Positions 61,626 through 64,000 of a stretch of DNA of 64,000 nucleotides are shown here, one piece after another. A program made the translations under genes and the position numbers. This DNA comes from an uncultured Bacteroidia bacterium (GTDB lineage Bacteria; Bacteroidota; Bacteroidia; Bacteroidales; UBA932): positions 12,432 to 76,431 of the forward strand of contig CACXPG010000006.1 in the NCBI GenBank assembly GCA_902769525.1, read 5' to 3'. The notes beneath the pieces are model-generated. The model saw only the letters and a program-made list of their open reading frames with translations. It had not been told where the DNA came from and did not search any database. Within the stretch, counting starts at the first letter, position 1. Each line of letters begins with the position of its first letter.

Positions 61626-63818
61626 TTATCCTATTTTCTTTATCATTGTCAATATATTTTTGTCTCCCAAGCGTTTGTAGGTGACGCTGTCCATTATCTT
61701 CTTGAACAGGTGGATGCCAAGTCCTCCTATCTTGCGGTCGTCCAGACTCTGGTTTGTATCCACATCCGGAGTCTGAGTAGGGTCGAACGGCTTGCCGCTG
61801 TCCTTTACGGTATAGATAATCTCATTGTCGTTTGACTCTGTTTCAATGTCTACCGAGTCAGCGCCCGAGTACATTATCACGTTGGTTACGGCCTCTTCAA
61901 TTGCAATATTGATGCTAGTTGCCACACTTTGAGACAATTTTTTCTCCTCAGCGACAGTCGACAGGAAGTCGGAAAGCTTTGGAATTTCCTGTATATCGCT
62001 GTTTAGATGGAGTTTGCGGACTTTCCCCTGATGGCTCAGGTAGTGGAAGAAGAGCATCGTAAGGTCGTCGCTCTGGGCAGCATCCTTTACGAAATCCGCC
62101 ACGGCCTTCTTGACATTGTCCAGATGCTCCTGGGCCGGTTTCCTGCCGGAGAGGGCGTTTTTCAGTCTCTGGAGCCCGAACAGTTCGTGGTTCTGGTTTT
62201 CAGCCTCGGTGATACCGTCTGTATAGAGGAATACTGCATCGTCATAGTGAAGGTCCACTTCCTGGAGGGTGTAGTTCATTCCGTGCATCACTCCAAGTGG
62301 AAGGTTCGGATCCACAGGCAGTTCGTGCATCTTGTCGGTAAGCAGAAGCGGGGCGTTGTGGCCTGCGTTGCAATACTGCATCTTTCCGTTATTGAGGTCC
62401 AGCACGCAGCAGATGAAGGTTACGAACATATTGTTTTCGTTTATGTCCGCCATACTGTTGTTTATGCTGGTGACTATGTTTTTCGGATTGTCGTTATGAG
62501 CGCAGATGCTGCGGAAAAGGCTTCTTGTAACGGCCATCAGCAAAGAGGCGGGAACTCCCTTGCCTGACACGTCGCCGATGCAGAAGAAGAGCTTTTCGTC
62601 GCGGATAAAAAAGTCGTAAAGGTCTCCGCTGACTTCCTTTGCCGGGAACAGGGCGGCGGAAAGGTCTATGTCCTTCCTTTCAGGGAACGGAGGGAATGTC
62701 TTTGGAATCATCGACATCTGGATGTCGCTGGCAATTTTCAGCTCGTTCTCCATTATCTCTTTCTTCTCCGATATATACTTGACCTTGAGCTGGTTCTTGG
62801 CGATCGAGCGGAAAATCATGACTATCAGCAGAAGACCGATAATCTGCAGCATCCTTATAAGGTTGTCCAGCTTTCTCAGGCCGGCAAACATCTCTTTTTC
62901 CGGAATGATGATGTTCATGGCCCATCCGGTTTTGTCGATAGGAGAATAGTAAACCTGATTCTTGATGCCGTTTACAGTGACAGGCAGATTGCCGCTCTCT
63001 CTGTTGAGCATGGCCCTGTTGAGGGCGTTAAGGTCTGCCGAGTCTTTTACTGAAGATGCATACTCGTTTATGGTAGTGGTCATTACAAGGGTGGAATCAG
63101 GGGAGACCATAAGTCTTCCGTTGCGGCTGACAACTGTGCTGAAGGCTCCAGGATATATCTTGATGCCATTTACCAATGTGCCAAGCCACTCGAGGTCGAG
63201 GTCTGCCGTAAGCACGGCTGCTATGCGTCCCTGATTGTCCTTGATAGGGACAGAAAAAGTGGTCATCAGGATTTCTCCACCGCCTGTATCAATATAAGGT
63301 TCAGACCAGTATTCGCGGTCAAGCTCGATAGGTTTGGTGAACCATTCTTTGGACGGATAGTCATATTCCGGAGTTGCCAGGGACGTTTCTATTATTTCTC
63401 CGTTTGTTATTGCAGTATACGGAGAATACAGCGGTCTTTTTTTGTAATAGTTTGGAACAATGGCTATTGTAGATCCTGCGATAATAGGGTTGTTGTTCAC
63501 GATCAGCTTTGGAATGTTGGCCAGGCTGTCCGGAACCTGAAGGCACCACTGCGCTAGCCACACATTGTTTCTGACTGCGCTTTCCGCCTGGTTGACAATA
63601 TTGAGAATTCCGCTCCTGACAGCATTGAGCTGGCCTTCGGCTTTTGCCTTGGCTTCTTGCCTGATGCCATCCTTCGCGTAGTATGCCTGGACATGTGAGA
63701 TGGCTTCCAGAATCACCACGGCGGCAATAATGAGAAGAAGCCCGGTCCACCTGGATCTTCTTTTTATGTCTTTTTCAACGTGTTTTTTCGCGCGCTCTGT
63801 TATGTCGTGTATGTTCAT
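61626..63818 (-). CDS. membrane sensor (Cache-like periplasmic domain) fused to PP2C/SpoIIE phosphatase and RsbW-like HATPase kinase domain
   Basis: Two TM helices flank an about 270-aa domain with WFTKP...YWSEPYID.GGGE...T.S.PI. PP2C motif GDVSGKGVPASLLMA...TDG. C-terminal EEAVTNVIMYS...GGLGIHL. Confidence 0.85.
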   Translation of the reverse strand: MNIHDITERAKKHVEKDIKRRSRWTGLLLIIAAVVILEAISHVQAYYAKDGIRQEAKAKAEGQLNAVRSGILNIVNQAESAVRNNVWLAQWCLQVPDSLANIPKLIVNNNPIIAGSTIAIVPNYYKKRPLYSPYTAITNGEIIETSLATPEYDYPSKEWFTKPIELDREYWSEPYIDTGGGEILMTTFSVPIKDNQGRIAAVLTADLDLEWLGTLVNGIKIYPGAFSTVVSRNGRLMVSPDSTLVMTTTINEYASSVKDSADLNALNRAMLNRESGNLPVTVNGIKNQVYYSPIDKTGWAMNIIIPEKEMFAGLRKLDNLIRMLQIIGLLLIVMIFRSIAKNQLKVKYISEKKEIMENELKIASDIQMSMIPKTFPPFPERKDIDLSAALFPAKEVSGDLYDFFIRDEKLFFCIGDVSGKGVPASLLMAVTRSLFRSICAHNDNPKNIVTSINNSMADINENNMFVTFICCVLDLNNGKMQYCNAGHNAPLLLTDKMHELPVDPNLPLGVMHGMNYTLQEVDLHYDDAVFLYTDGITEAENQNHELFGLQRLKNALSGRKPAQEHLDNVKKAVADFVKDAAQSDDLTMLFFHYLSHQGKVRKLHLNSDIQEIPKLSDFLSTVAEEKKLSQSVATSINIAIEEAVTNVIMYSGADSVDIETESNDNEIIYTVKDSGKPFDPTQTPDVDTNQSLDDRKIGGLGIHLFKKIMDSVTYKRLGDKNILTMIKKIG

Positions 63819-64000
63819 AATACTGATTCAAGTGAAGCCCTGAAGCAAGGCATAGGGCAATTGGTGTCTCTTTCTATGATTAGTGTCTTGAGTCCCGCGT
63901 ACGGGCGAATCATCTCCTCTGTGTCTTTTAGGCTTATGCCTTCTCCGAAGTACAGAGGGGCAAAAGTGTCCCAGGCCTTCATTGCAACGGCCTTTGTCAT
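63815..64000 (-). CDS. 3' end of an unidentified gene (5' end outside window)
   Basis: Open frame to the window edge. The stop overlaps the downstream start by 4 nt. No recognisable motif in the 61 aa visible. Confidence 0.35.
   Translation of the reverse strand: MTKAVAMKAWDTFAPLYFGEGISLKDTEEMIRPYAGLKTLIIERDTNCPMPCFRASLESVL

Noticed and set aside
1-64000. Search for CRISPR arrays, IS elements, integrases, transposases, rRNA genes and prophage structural genes
   Set aside because: I found no regularly spaced repeats and no DDE, tyrosine or serine recombinase motifs in any listed ORF. The only RNA gene I could fold is tRNA-Cys.

Overview
This 64-kb chromosomal window reads as Bacteroidota, probably Bacteroidales. 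Supporting signs are a type III glutamine synthetase, the DUF3276/NusB/YajC/YbbR/CoaE neighbourhood, many Cys-lipobox exported proteins, and TAnnTTTG -7 boxes ahead of genes. Roughly three quarters is housekeeping backbone: pheT, deoC, dtd, purD, dacB, glnA, purM, rlmI, tRNA-Cys, nusB, yajC, coaE, rimO, fabG, glnS, psuG and psuK. Spot counts of single 60-nt lines gave about 60% G+C in two backbone lines and about 28-35% in two island lines. Three AT-rich accessory blocks interrupt the backbone. Block (i), 2.08-4.7 kb, encodes three exported proteins of unknown function. Block (ii), about 22.8-30.8 kb, lies directly 3' of tRNA-Cys. It holds a single-chain type IIG restriction-modification enzyme, an unannotatable three-gene cassette and hicAB. 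The cassette encodes an acidic 86-aa protein, a 3-TM membrane protein and a Zn-ribbon/WG-repeat protein. Block (iii), 44.0-57.9 kb, is a compositionally mosaic defence island. It holds an AAA ATPase, a YcaQ-like protein, higBA, vsr and a NADAR fusion. It also holds a translationally coupled four-gene LlaJI/BsuMI-like operon: m6A MTase, m5C MTase, McrB-like GTPase and McrC/LlaJI-like nuclease. Three exported unknowns and an ORF6N gene bracketed by 14-bp direct repeats complete the block. I saw no integrase, transposase, CRISPR array or rRNA. The best candidates for something undescribed are the cassette at 26167-29087 and the mixed-chemistry GTPase restriction operon with its neighbours. All calls rest on by-eye motif recognition from the sequence and ORF track; no searches were run.
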